DNA of 64,000 nt from the human T2T-CHM13v2.0 reference genome, Homo sapiens. Made by a program: the position numbers and the translations under genes. Of the stretch, positions 27,773 through 41,790 are shown piece after piece. The stretch's first letter is position 1, and the number at the start of each line of letters is the position of its first letter. The stretch lies in assembly GCF_009914755.1 (NCBI RefSeq), contig NC_060929.1. One strand, given 5' to 3'. The notes under the pieces were generated by a model. The model ran no database searches and had not been told where the DNA came from. It worked only from the letters and a program-made list of their open reading frames with translations.

Positions 27773-29231
27773 TCACAGTGGGGTATGTCAATCATTATTC
27801 TAACTAATAATGTAACTAAACTTTTTAACTATACCAGGCATGTGATTTCACCCCCATAACATTCCATAAACATATTTTCTTGCATAACATTCAGCATAGA
27901 ATCTGACTCCTCATCTTTGGTGACAGGTGGAAAGTTAATGTTTACTCTGAACCACAAGTAGAACTGGATAAACTGATCCTCTGCAGCGGCCCCAGGCAAT
28001 GTCCTTGAGGACATTCTCTCTGAAGACCCTCCGCTCCCTGCCCTGCCCCCAGTGTGCTTTGTAAGTCTTTCTTCTGTCTTTACATGGCTGCCTTCACTTG
28101 TCTCCTGCCTTTGCTGTAAATCTACTTTGTGCAGTACAGCTAAATTATTTATCACTGTCTTCTGAGTAAAGTTTGCATAAACCAAATTTGCTAGAATGAC
28201 CTTCCAGTCTACCACCTGGCCCTCCAGATCATCCCAGTTTAAAGGCCTGGACAAGCTTCCCAGAAAATCTAACACAATTCTCCAGGTATGCTCCCTGAAA
28301 AAAAATGAGTGAAAAAAAAATATCTCTACGGAAAATTGGTATTTAAAGAGAATATGATGCACAGTTGTGTTTCTCATCGAATCCCCAGAAAAAAAACTGA
28401 CTCTGGTGATCTGTAACCTTTGTTTCATGGGCAGGAGACCTGTTCCCATAGTGGCAAAGTGCTCAGAGGATCATGAGGGCATAAATGCTTGCTGGTCTCT
28501 AAATGAGCTACTGCTGAAAAGAATCTGTGCATTTGAAAATAACAAAAGTTGATGGTTAACCAGCAGCCTTGGAGTGTTTATCATTATCCCAGTAAAACCA
28601 ATCTTTGTGAAATTGAGCCACGAAGATTGCTTTTAAATCATTAAAAAAGCTGTCACCTCTTAGATTACAGCAAGAGCAAAGCTTGTAGAAAAACACTTTT
28701 GTTTGTAAAAATGACTGGAAATTCTGCATGTAAAAAATGAACTTCAACTTCTCATGTTGTATTTCAAATATATTCTACCTTGCTTCATGCTATCTGAAGT
28801 GTAAAAGAGACTTTGTATATGTATTTCTGTATTTCTTACATTTAATATAGGTGAGGGTTCTAAAAAGGAAATTCTAATAAAGACAGTTTTGTGGAGTCTT
28901 TATATGCCAGTTTAGGATAGACAAATCTATATACCTAAACTGCTTTCCTTTAGGGCTGTGTCTTAATTTCAGCTATTTTGTAGGATGTTTTTAAGGCTGC
29001 ATAATATATTGATATTTTTATTTGATTGTAGTATTATTGTCTCCAAGTTACATTCATAAATTACCTTGATTTCAGAATGGTTCCCTTGTCATGCATTAAA
29101 ATGGTAATATTAATGGATAGTCTTAATAGAACAATAGTCTTAATAGAAACTGGTAATTGAGAAGTAGAAATGAACTGCAATGCAATCCATCTGGGATTGA
29201 AGTTTGTATAGGTGATTATAATAGCAGGTCC

Positions 29232-29544
29232 ATGGATGAAGCTGGAAACCATCATTCTGAGCAAACTATCACAAGGACAGAAAACCAGCACCGCATGTTC
29301 TCACTCACAGGTGGGAATTGAACGGTGAGAACACTTGGACACAGGGTGGCGAACATCACACATACCCCTGTTGTGGGGTGGGGGGAGGGGGGAGGGATAG
29401 CATTAGGAGATATACCTAATGCAAATGACGAATTAATGGGTACAGCAAACCAACATGGCACATGTATACATACGTAACAAACCTGCACGTTGTGCACATG
29501 TACCCTAGAACTTAAAGTATAATTTAAAAAAAAGAAAGAAAAAA
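29232..29544 (+). mobile_element. L1PA (approx. L1PA4-5) 3' end
   Basis: L1PA 3'UTR with G-rich tract and A-tail. TSD ATAATAG[C/T]AGGTCC at 29218-29231 and 29545-29558. Confidence 0.92.
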
Positions 29545-29742
29545 ATAATAGTAGGTCCTGTGAAAGAAATAAAAGCATCAGGGAAAAATTATTACATCCC
29601 ATTGGCAGTAATAAATCAATGAAATTAATTCATTTAATAAAATGTATTTGGGTTTCAACTCTGCCTTAGCTCCTGTGCCCACTGCTGGGGGTTAAACTTT
29701 GGAGGCCACAATCTGCGTTAACAAGGAACACTTAATACAGTA

Positions 29743-29957
29743 CAGAGTTACTCCAACTCAGCACTATTGGTATTTTGGGCTAGAAAAGTATTTGTTATGA
29801 TGGAGAGCTGCCTGTGCACTGAGGAGTGATTAGCTGCATCCCTGGCCTCTGCCCACTCTATACTGCTGGAATCTCCTCTGTGGTTGTTACAACCAATCAT
29901 GTCTCCAGAGTTTTCCAAATGTCCCCTGAAACACAAAATCACAGTTGAGAAGTCCTG
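29743..29957 (-). mobile_element. MER20 DNA transposon
   Basis: CTCAGCACTATTGGTATTTTGGGC...GCATCCCTGGCCTCTGCCCACT...ACAACCAATCATGTCTCCAGA...CCAAATGTCCCCTG. Confidence 0.85.
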
Positions 29958-30299
29958 ACCTAACAGGACAGGGAGATTGTTGGAGTCAATGAGGTAAGGT
30001 GAGTGCTGAGATGCTCAGGGCATCTGAGAAAAGCTGTGAACAGAGAAATTCTGTGTCACGGCCAGGAGAGGCAGAGAGGCTGAAATGCCTTGTTTCAACA
30101 TTAGTTCATTCAGTTGAAATAGGCTAAAAATTTTAACTTAATCTAGTAGAAAATAAGATACCTCTAATGCAACCTTCCCAGTGAATAGATAAATAACATT
30201 TTCATTATCAACCAATTATTATGTTTTAGAATTTGCAGCTTGTTTATGATTTTAGGATGGGGAAGATTTCTTTAAAATACTGTCCTATATTTTTCCACT

Positions 30300-31950
30300 A
30301 ATGTTTCAAAGTTTTGCCTTTTATGTTCCAGAACTATAATCTATCTAGAAGATTTTCTAACAAGTTTAAACTGAGGTACTGATCTAATTGTATTTTTTCT
30401 ACCTGGTGAGCAAGTTTTTCCAACCTGGTGGTTTAGATTCATAGTCTAGGCTCTAAACAACTGTGCTTTGCAATCTAGACTCCTTCTATTCTTCCATATT
30501 GGTCCATTTATCTGTATCTTTAAGAGTGCCTGCCTGTGACTATGTAATATTATCATCTATATGGTAGAATATCTCCACCTGTTCTTTGTCAGAATTGGTT
30601 TATAAATCTAGAGAGTTTTGTACTGTCATATAAATTTTGCAAAATTATCAATTGCCCCAAATCTTTTAGTTTTCTATTGGAATCACATTAAATATTTTGT
30701 TTAATTTGGGAGGGATGGTTATATTAACAATATTTAGTTTGTGTGCCATTTATTTACTCTTTTATTTGACTTTATTGGCTTTTAAAATTTACTCTCTAAA
30801 GAAGTAACATTCCTAAGGTAATTCCTGAATATGTGATAGTCTAATGTTTATGCAAATGGTATTTTATTGCATTTTCTAATGACATTTTCTGAATTACAAT
30901 AGATTTGTGTTTATATCTTTACAGCCACTTTGTACTCACATGTTATCACTAGTCTTTCTGTTGATTCTTCTGTTTTATATGAATATCTATATGAATATCC
31001 CCTGCAGAAAAAGACAATGTTTGTTTTTTTCTCATAATCCTTATGCTGCTTAATTATTTTTTCTTTTTGGAATGATGTTGAGAAAAATGCCTAAAATGGA
31101 AATCTTTGTAGATTTAGCTACATTATAATTGAAAAAAAAAATACTAGACATGAGAGACAAGTGATCAACCAGGAATTTATACTAGGTTGTATATTTTTAC
31201 CAGTGACTATTATCTAAAATATCCTAGTAACTCCTAAAATCAACATGGATAAAGCAATATGATCCAGTGATAAATTGCCAATGAATCTGAAAAGGCAGCT
31301 CATAGTCAAAAAATCTAAATGCCCAATGTGTTTGAGATCCCTTCATATGCTTATTAATAATGAAAAGATAGTATATTGAAAATTGAAATGCTACTCTGTG
31401 TTTTCCTATTGCTGAAGATTAGAAAGTTAGATACAAAATTCATTGTCAAGGGAATTTGGAAACAGAAAATTTTGGTGGGAGCTTGGACCAATGTAGTAAT
31501 TTTGAAGACAAAGTCAAGTCTTTAATAAATTGGACTATATGTTTAACTTCAAACCCAGTGATTCCATTCCTAAGGAATACGTTCAAAAGGAATCTCCATG
31601 AGCAATTAATCATAGATAGTAGAATATGAAAGGGTGCTAAAAGTAATATCTGATTTACAGTAGGCATAAGCCATGACTGCCCCCACTCAGACCTGAATAT
31701 CTTGTCACCATCACATGGAAATCTTATGCAAGTTCAAAATGACATCTAAAGAATACTCATTTCATTATTGTTTGAAATAATGAAAAATCAAAGAGCCTAG
31801 ATCTATCAATAAAATAATTAGATATCATGGAACAATCCTAAATAGCATATACTATCTACCTATTAACATAGATTTCCCTCAAAAACAAATTTGGAATAAA
31901 AAATAATATTTAATATATGGATTTATATATGCATATGAAATATATAATTC
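30300..31950. mobile_element. Ancient L1M(E) fragments, antisense then sense
   Basis: TTCTATTGGAATCACATTAAAT...TTAATTTGGGAGG (antisense) and TTTAACTTCAAACCCAGTGATTCCATTCCTAAGGAATA (sense). Confidence 0.45.
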
Positions 31951-31998
31951 GAAAATTTTTTAAAAAATTGCTCGCTATTTTTTCTTAAATAGATGTAG

Positions 31999-32378
31999 TG
32001 TCTTAGTCTGTTCCAGCTGCCATAACAAAATATCATGGACTGGCTGGCTTAAACAACATAAATTTATTTCTCACAGTTCTGAAACTTGAAAGTTTAAGGT
32101 CATTGTGGGCTCTGGAGACAACTTTCTTCTTGGCTTCTGGACACTCATATTCTCACTGAGCCCTTACGTGGCCTTGCCTTGGTATGTATGCATAGAGAGC
32201 GGGATCTGTGTATCTTTCTCTTCTTATAAAGCTACCAATCCTATTGAATTAGGACCCTGAGTTTATGACCTTACTTAACCTTAATTGTCTCCTAAAAGCC
32301 CTACCTACAAATAAGGACACACTGGGAGTTAGGGCTTTAATATATGAATTGAAGGGGAGCACAGTTCAGTCCATAGCA
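31999..32378 (-). mobile_element. MLT1A-like MaLR solo LTR
   Basis: TGTCTTAGTCTGTTCCAGCTGCCATAACAAAATATCA...GGCTTAAACAAC...TTCAGTCCATAGCA. Flanks TGTAG and CATAG are consistent with a CpG-decayed TSD. Confidence 0.85.
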
Positions 32379-33073
32379 CATAGTAAACTAATAGATTTAT
32401 GTTTATTTATTATTAGTTTAGTTTAAAAGAGTTTTGTGTAAACATTTATTTATTTAAATAAATACTAGTTGTTTACATATATGCTTTTAGCAGTTGGGAG
32501 CCAGGTTAGGATTAATTGCATCCATGTGGAAAATATTATAAAACAAAGATTCAGATAAAAAGGAAAAATATAAGATTGTTCATGCATTGATGAATGAAAA
32601 GATATTTCATACTGAAAAATATAACTGATGGTATAAATTCAACTCTATACCAATGTGGACAAGCAGATTATACTATGTAAATTTAAAAATCTCAATATGA
32701 AAAATGAATTGTGTATGAATATAGGTAGAGGGAACCTAAATAAGAGCAAGGATAAAATGAAGCTATTATAAATAATTAGCAAGATTGAATTTCACGAGAA
32801 CTTAAAATTTCGCTCAACAAAAATAAGATCATATTTTAGATGTTAAGCAGTAGAAGTAATATCTCGTGAAGGCTAAGACACACGCAAGATGCTGGCCCAT
32901 TTAGATGGGGCAAATCCAGTATTTGTGAATTTTGTAGCAATTAATTACTAGATGAAATTTTGGTAGATAAATGAAGAACCCCACTTTAGATGTGGTATAT
33001 TTGATGCCAGTTATGAATGAAATAACATTTTCACTTACAAGATCACCAGAGGCACATGCTTTTTTCAATCTAG

Positions 33074-33617
<544 letters not shown>

Positions 33618-33761
33618 GGATCTTTTTCTTGAAATAAATTTCCTTTCTTGGGATGCGCCACATAACACTCTCCTGTTTTCTTTTTATCTCCTTCACGCTT
33701 TCTTCAATTTCACTTACTGGCTTTTTTCTTCCCCTAAATCTGCCTGGGACATCTCTTATTC

Positions 33762-33791
<30 letters not shown>
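33762..33791. repeat. (GTT)10 microsatellite
   Basis: Read directly. Confidence 0.9.
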
Positions 33792-33792
<1 letters not shown>

Positions 33793-34899
33793 TCCCCTTC
33801 TCCATTGGCATACGTTCTCCAGGTGAGGTCTTCAGTGCCCTGGTTTAAATCCATTACATGCCGACGATTCACAAATCCGTATCTGCAGTCCTCACTTTCT
33901 CTGGAGCTCTGGCCTTCTACAAATAACTTCATACCTGATTTCTCCCCCTTGGATGTCAGATAAATGTATCACATCCAATATATCCCATATGTAACTTGAA
34001 GTCATCTCCCAACGTATTCCTCTGATTTCTTCATTGTAAGAAATAGCACTATAATCTACTCACTTGTTCAAACCCCAAACTTGCCACATCTAACCTCTCA
34101 GCATGCCCATGGGTTAGGCCTTGAATTACTCATCTCTCTGGCTTCTCACTACTCGCAGTGTATCTGTGGTCTCTTACCCAGACCTCTGCCTGGGAATGGC
34201 CCCTGCTTTCATTCTTGTCTCCCCTGTAGTCTCTTCCCCACACGGTAGCCAGAATAACCTTTGGTAAACGTGAATCAGACTACATTGTTCTGCAGTTGAA
34301 AAGCCTCCATTGGCTTCTGATCTTACTGGAATTAACCACAATCTTACCACGACGATTATGAATCTGTATTAGTTGATCACTGTCTGGTGTTCTCACCTCA
34401 TCTGCTTTGCTCTCTGCTGACACCATCTGTTTCTGGCACAAGGGCATTCTTCATGCATTTGAATGCACTGCTGTGTGGCACTTACGGCTTTCGTTCCTTC
34501 TGCCTGGAATTCTTTTCCCTTGGAGCTATACACAGCTGATTCTTTCCTGCTGATTCAGTGCTCAGGCCAAATGTTGCCTTGAAGAGAGATCTTTCTAAAT
34601 AATCCGATCTCAGGTAGACCTTCATTGCCCCATTTTCCATATCTAGGTTGCTATCATGTGACCTAGATGTATTTTTTTATATTGTTTTCCTTTTTTTTTT
34701 TTTCAATAATTACCTTGGTTACTTTTTCAAGTTGTAATCTTTTATTCACTAGTTACATTTCATGGAGGCAAGGTCTCTATCTCTTTTGTTTTCTAAATAC
34801 ATTTCTGTTGCCTGGAATGGCTCCTGGTACATAGAGAAATGGAAGAGCTGATATTTTTGAATACTTTATTATGAATCAGAGATGGCTCAAAGACTGCTA

Positions 34900-35065
34900 T
34901 GTTAAATCATTTACTGTTCCAAACTAGTCTGCACAGCAGATACGATTGTTTTTCTGTTTTAAAGAGGAAGGATTTGAGAGCAGACAGGTCAACTGGCTTG
35001 CCTAGGTTGTATTGCTTACAACAAGCAAAGGTAGGATTTAAATCCAGCACATCTCTGTCCAGAAC
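34900..35065 (-). mobile_element. MIR followed by (TAAA)n
   Basis: TTTTAAAGAGGAAGGATTTGAGAGCAGACAGGTCAACTGGCTTGCCTAGG...GGATTTAAATCCAG. Confidence 0.55.
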
Positions 35066-36100
35066 CCACAATAATAAATAAATAAATAAATAAAAATAAA
35101 TAAACAAAAACATGCTTACTGTAGTTCAGCACAATTACTTACGTTGAAAGAAAGATCAAACAGAAAACATTGATTTGTGTTGTCATATATTGTGCTGTTT
35201 TTTATTCTAAGGCTTAATGAAGATTACCTAGTATTTTCAATATTGGAATTTCAATGTAGGTCAAATGTTAGAAATGTTGGAGATGGAAACAATAAAAATT
35301 ACACAAACAAAGCAACTCAAACCACAAAACTCACTGATGAAGTACTGTGAACACTAATTTCCTCCTGAATAACTGGAAACCTTGGGAGCAATGCTTTATA
35401 ACCACTACTTCTGAACTTCTCAGCTATAATATGAGGGGCCTGAGATCGCTTGCTGCATCCTCTTCCTTTAGAAACATTGTCTTGAAAGTAGATTTTCCTT
35501 ACAGGTAATTATTCTATCTCTTATGGAGATAAATCTTCCATGCTTTTCCTCAGAGTTTCAGTGGGTCACTGTGCCTGGGCTAGGTGGTGAACCCAGCTGT
35601 AGCTTATTCTTATTTCCACAGTAGTCCAGTGTCCACAATGTGAAACTTGTTTAGTCTAATCATTGTCCCATGTAACCCACCTGCCATTACTGTTAATAGT
35701 CATTAATGAAAAATACCAATAGAAGGATCCACGAATATAAACCTGTATCTTGTAGTTCATGATTTATGCCTTTCATATTAAAATACATATTATGTGGATC
35801 ACCTGTGCAAATTCTACTTTCTTTCATGATTATGTTTGCATATTTGCATAATGGCAAGAATATCAGACAAAACAGCATCTCTGCTAACTACTAAACTGTG
35901 GTAAGCTCCTGTAGAACAGTTTATTAGTAGGCAGTTTATAGTATATTACATCATGGTAAGACACCTTTACAGAACCTAGATGTACCAAGGCATAAGGCTT
36001 CACCTTTGGCTACTGAGGTAAAATTTTTCATCACAAAATTTCTGGGAATAGAAAGCTAAATGTAAAAAGTTTTTATATGATTATACAGAAAAGGGATTCT

Positions 36101-36201
36101 TTTGTTGTTTGTGTTTTTTCTTTTAAAAAATTCAACTTTTATTTTTACAGGGTACATGCGAAGGTTTGTTAAATGAGAATATTGCTGAGGTTTTGGGCAT
36201 G
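36101..36201 (-). mobile_element. ~100-bp L1PB-type 3'-terminal insertion
   Basis: T-rich tail followed by TTCAACTTTTATTTT...GGGTACATGCGAAGGTTTGTT. Perfect 13-bp TSD GAAAAGGGATTCT at 36088-36100 and 36202-36214. Confidence 0.8.
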
Positions 36202-38016
36202 GAAAAGGGATTCTAATGGGAATAAATCTATCTCTACAGATGCATTTGCTTTTACTGAGTCTTGCCTTATTTCAGAGTATATATTAATCCTTACAACAGA
36301 GTCTATGGTTCCTTTGCTATGGTGGACTATTTATGAAGGATGTCTTTAAATTTAGATAAAGCTGATGAGAAAAAAATATCATCTGTAACAGCTGAAATAG
36401 GGAAGGGACATAACCTGATGTCAATAATATTATATATAAATATATGAGACATATTACACATAAAATATACATAAAACTTAGGTTTTATATATAAAGTATA
36501 TATAAAATATTATATGCATGTTGGGGGGGGGGAAGCCAGGGGTGCAGAGAAATTCTAGAGGCAAGAGATAGCTACAATATGGCTTTTGCCTAACCTGAGC
36601 CCCATTTATGTCACAGACATGCTCTTTGAGATGATTAAATATCAGTAGTGATCACTAATACATTAGGCTCATAAATAATCAAACGAAGCTTCATACTTAA
36701 CCTTTTCCTCTTTTGAATGGGGACAAGTGGGTAAAATTAAGGAAAGTGGACAAGAAGACTGCTTCTCTTTGCATGATCTGAGACTCCACTGCTCCATGAT
36801 TAATTGAAAACTGACCTGAAACATTCGGGTGTTGCCCATTGGAATATCCACACACACATGCACACCACACACTCACTCATAAACATAGTACAGTATATGA
36901 TAATGACCCTGATTTAGACTATTGAACAAACTTAAAGAAGAGTACAGAGGTCAAGTAACCTAAATAAAGAGGATATGACCTCTGTGGGGCTCCCTAGGGT
37001 CCAGCACCCCAGTCATTCCCTCAGGCTATATAAAAGTGCACTGCAGTTCTAGAGTGAAAATCAACTTCTACACAATACGATGGGAAGAGAGTCATGAAAT
37101 TAGCTTACCTCAAGAGAACTAATAGGTGGACTGCCCGTATTTCAGTGTCACGACCAAGACGGAATGCCAAGTACACACATGTAGGACAGGGGAAAAAATA
37201 GGCATCGTAGGTGAAAGGAGAGAACAGAACCAACTATACAGAACTATACAATGTCCTCATTGTATAGATTTTACTATTATGTATATATTTATATAGTTTC
37301 AAGTGTGTTAATTAAAGGCACTTTTCATAGGCAAGTCAGAAATATCTCAGGAAAGTCTAGAAGCCCTTGGAGGAAAAAAAAAATTACTTAACAAATTCTT
37401 CTACTTAGGGATGAAAAATAATAAATATTTTGGAGATTGAGAAAAGAAAATGTTGAGTAATAAATTCATTTAGAAATGGCACTAAAATATTTCATGTAAT
37501 ATCTAGAAGCTAGACAAATAAAATTAGAATACTAAATTTTTATAATATTTGAAAAGCCAGAGAAATTACACCTATGGAATGTTCTATAAATATTGTAGAT
37601 CATTTCAACAATTGATTAAATTACATAAAGAAAAATTATTTCTAAATATTTGGATTATAAGTAGATTTTTAGACTTTTATTTATTCTTTTAAATTTTTAA
37701 GAATAAAAATGTAGAATTAATTTGGTCATGAGTAGGTAATGTTCTCATTATAAAAAACTGGTGTTAAGGAAGAACCTTAGTAAGCCAGTGTAAAAGTTAG
37801 GTTAATGAATGTACAGAATCTCTCACTTATAGTAAAAAACAAATAACAGTGGTGGAATGGCTAATGATGATTTCACAGAAATTGAAAATCACAAATATCT
37901 AAATTACATGGATAAGTGACCTTAAATATAGTATTTTCTCACTTCATGCAGTGAATGAGAATATGGTTAATAATATGGTTCTATACAGAATATGGCGAAG
38001 AAGCCAAGTTTTATCA

Positions 38017-38166
38017 ACTTTGTCACTAGCCAGGTAAATTTGCCTGATTGGTCTGGGATGAGCCTTCGGTCTTTATCTTGTTTCATACTTTACTTTGTCA
38101 CTAGCCAGGCAAATTTGCCTGATTGGTCTGGGATGAGCCTTCGGTCTTTATCTTGTTTCATACTTT
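38017..38166. repeat. 75-bp tandem duplication
   Basis: Copies at 38017-38091 and 38092-38166 with one mismatch; the ORF track shows the repeated peptide FVTSQxNLPDWSGMSLRSLSCFIL. Confidence 0.95.
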
Positions 38167-40239
38167 CTATTGAGTTCTTATGTCTTATTTTTCAGGGTAG
38201 CCCCAGTGCTTTGAAGGTTTTGAAGAATACACAGGGTCCTGGTTTTCCCCAAATGACTTTATCCTGTAGCCAAATACTCCTACTCTCAGGTTCACCTATT
38301 GCTTGGGCAATCATGGAAGTGACAATATTTCCAGGAGCCCACAGTAAATACCATCTTTAATGGATCACTTATATATTAGCCTGCATTCATTATTTTATTA
38401 ATAGGGGTACATTTGTAATCCTGTTGAAATATGAAACTTGTTTTAAAATGTTGGTGCCTCAGAAGATAATTCAAAACCAAATTAAGGGACCCATAATAGA
38501 ATTGGCCTCCATTAAGAGCCAGCATCTGGCTGCAAAGCCATCAGTGTCTGCCCAGTCCTCCTGTGGGCAAAAGTGGAGGATCATCCCACAATCATCCCCA
38601 ACACTACTGCTCTCCTCTGTACATTTAGAATTAACTAGTTTCAGTTTTGTTTGAGGTATTTATGTTTCAGTCTTTTGGAAAAAAAAAATATATATATACA
38701 CATCATTAAGAAAAAAAGTGCTTTGTTTCCCTTCTGAATTGCACATGAAAAGTGATCATGGAGATGGAGAGTTGAGGACTTGCAGGGTTTTTCTCTACTT
38801 TCTACCAATTTGAAAGAGTCTTCACACAGTTGCCTATTTTTAAATATTGTTGGAAGTACTCAATAAAAACACACACAAGTTATTTTGAGTAACCGTATTT
38901 CCTGTCCTCCTATCTCATTTCTAGCTCCCTCCAAGGATCATGTACCCAGGCTCCAGGCCGAGGTTGGGACCCCCTTTTGGCCTTTGCTTCAGTTACTATG
39001 GCACCCCATGTACCATAATACGTGAAAATGTACTGGCCACTCTCAGAAATTTCAGTCAAACATTAAAAATGGAAGATTATTCTCCCCCAAAAACCTTTGT
39101 TTCTGGTCCAGCCTCAATCATCTCCCTGTTTATAGATTTCTAGAAAATTTATAGTCATCCCAAAGTAACCTACCCTCCGGGTTATATGCTATTTTTTAGG
39201 TTCTACTATTTCTAGTGAGCCATCTATGACTTGTGTGTCTGAGTAGCTGAAACGTATCTAGAAGAGGGCAGAGCCAGCGTGTCTGTGCCTCTTGGGTATC
39301 TACATCCCTGAACACAGATGCGGAGACCTTCTGTGAACTAGCCTGTCTTCACTGCACAATATCATTGCCAGAGAATTTTGAGCAAGAATTTTCCATCTAG
39401 TAGGAAAGCCTAAAAAGGCTCTCATCAGAACTGATGAGATAAAGTAGCAACAGAACCTAAATAAAGCCACCAAATAGGTACACTCGTTTTAAGTAACATG
39501 TTACTGATTCCAATCTTGGTTCACAAATCTGTAGCTTAAAATAACTACCCAAGTGTTTCTAATAAAGCATTCTGATTTAATAATTTTTTATTACATTTAA
39601 AGGCAGATATATCCTTTCTCTGTTAAAATCCAGTATTCAGCAAGAATGCTTTTTAATATTTGGGCATTTATAGATCCTTGGCATGGTTTATGAAAAACGT
39701 AAGAGAGAGGAAGTGTCAGAAAATACAAACAATTCCCCTTGGACAGGAAAGAAAAACAGAAGGAAACCCTGGGGTAACATGGCTTATGTGTCACCATAAT
39801 GTTAGCTGTCTGCTGTCTACAGTAAAGAGATGCTAAAATTCACAAAGTTTGTAAATGATGGGTCTTTTCTCTTATTAATCTAAGTTTTTTCCCTCAGGGA
39901 AATTTAATTTCATAGATTTCAATGGAACACATATTTCAGAATAACAAAGGACACCTTTTATCTATCTCAGAAAAGCTGTACCACAACTTTCTGCAAAGGC
40001 AAAAATACTTATGTTAGTGCACATTTAAATTGAGAAGTTGTAAAAGTTAACTTTTTAAAAATATGCTATTTTAAATTTTTTAATGCTATTCTTCTTAATT
40101 CATTCTCAAGAAAATACTCTTTAAGCCATGTGAACAGTGAAAATTAGAGCTTTCTAAAACCTTGAAAGTTTTTATTTCTGTGTGTGTGTGTTTTAAATCA
40201 TACATATTTGAGAGTCTAGGAACTGATAGAACATATGTA

Positions 40240-41790
40240 ATCAACAGCAGCATTTTGCTAGGTACCTACCATGTGCCAAGTAGTGTATTGGATGTGGGGA
40301 CACGTTAGTGAACAAGACTTTTCCATCTTTCTATGAAATGATGAAACCCTAGTCACCATAAAGCCCAATCATGTTACAATGGGGGAAGCCCAGGGCACGG
40401 AGGAATGCAAGCAGAGCAGGCCTGCCTGGTCAAGAGGTCAGAGAAGGGATCCCTAATAAAGGGATATTTAAGCTGAGAACAGACCATGGGTGAAGGATGA
40501 GGGCAGGGGAAGACTGTGCTGGGCAGAGGACATGGCACAGGCCTGCAGGTGAGACACATCATTGGTGCCCTTGGGACAAATGACTGCCATCAGCAAGTGT
40601 GGACCCTGGAGGAAGAGTGCTGAGAATGAGGAAGTGGGGCCAAATCTGGAGGCCTTGAAAGCCTGAAGGTTTGTTCATCTACGATCAGTGTGGAGGGGCG
40701 TATTTAAGAGTTTAAAAAACATAATCGTGTTTATAAACGTCACTCCAACTATAGAGACTGGAGGCATAACACAGGAGGCAGGAGACAAGTCAGAGATCTG
40801 AATCCACAGTCCAGGAAAAAGATGATCACAGGCTCTACTAGGAACTGAATGATAAAAATAAATATATGCAAGAGATATTCCAGAAGCAAAGCTAAATATA
40901 TTTGGTGACTGTTCAAATGTTGGTGGTGAAGGAGGAGAAGACCAGTGCACCTCACATAGCTGTGCAGGTTGTACACTGAGCAACCCAGGAGTGCCATGGC
41001 CATCACGTCTACATGGAAGTCTCGTGAAGAAGTTGTACAAAGTGGCAGAACCTGAAAGCCCAATGATGAAAGAATGTGTCCAGACTTCTATGTTGGGCAA
41101 ATGGCAATAATTGATTTTATTTACTGTAAGTTAGAAGGAAATCAGGGCTTACTATATAGGTGAAGAGTGTGAGCAGCGGTAACGAAAGGAAATGATGAGG
41201 TGAGTACCAAACAGTTTGAGTTTGAATGGAGATGAGAAGAGAGAAATTGATATGTATCTGTCTGGATACTGGCCTGACAATGCACATTTGAGAAACCTCA
41301 GTGTTCAGGTGATGATTAAAGCAAGACAGTTGCCTGAGATTAGACAATAACAGTGTTTGGGGACTGAAGAAACTTTGAAATTTCAAAACCTTTGGAATGT
41401 GCCAATTATCAGTGATGGAGAAGCAAAAGATGGAGATGTGGAGGAGGCACCCGAGAGACCAGGAAGGGAGGCACAGGGTCCAGGAAGAGAGTGAGAAAGG
41501 GGCAAAGTAGCTGGTGATGAAAAAGTGACAGTGTCCACAGGGCCTGTGACACATGGGTGGCCATGATTAGAGTGATATCCCATTGGGAGGAGGGGCAGAA
41601 TCCAGATTATAATCATTTGAGGATGGAATTGAAAAGTAGAAATAGAGGCAGGAGCTGCAGACAGCTTTTTTATTCAGTTTAGCTGTGGACATGAGGGCAA
41701 GAACAGTAGCAGAGGGAAAGTTAAAGGGAGTATTGAAAATACAAAGGAGAATATTTTTTAGAAAGTTAAGCAAAGTTGAAGCAATTAGCT
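40240..41790 (-). mobile_element. L2 LINE (fragmented)
   Basis: GTACCTACCATGTGCCAAG...GGGGACACGTTAGTGAACAAGAC 3' end, followed by purine-rich antisense L2 body. Confidence 0.7.
40942..41054. mobile_element. MER91-like hAT-Tip100 MITE inside the L2
   Basis: CATAGCTGTGCAGGTTGTACACTG...GTTGTACAAAGTGGCAGAACCTG. Confidence 0.45.

Noticed and set aside
37027-37070. TATATAAAAG TATA-like box
   Set aside because: No convincing initiator, CpG island or downstream exon; the motif is common in AT-rich DNA.
37992-38360. 122-aa ORF with an internal 25-aa repeat
   Set aside because: Explained by the in-frame 75-bp tandem duplication; no coding evidence.
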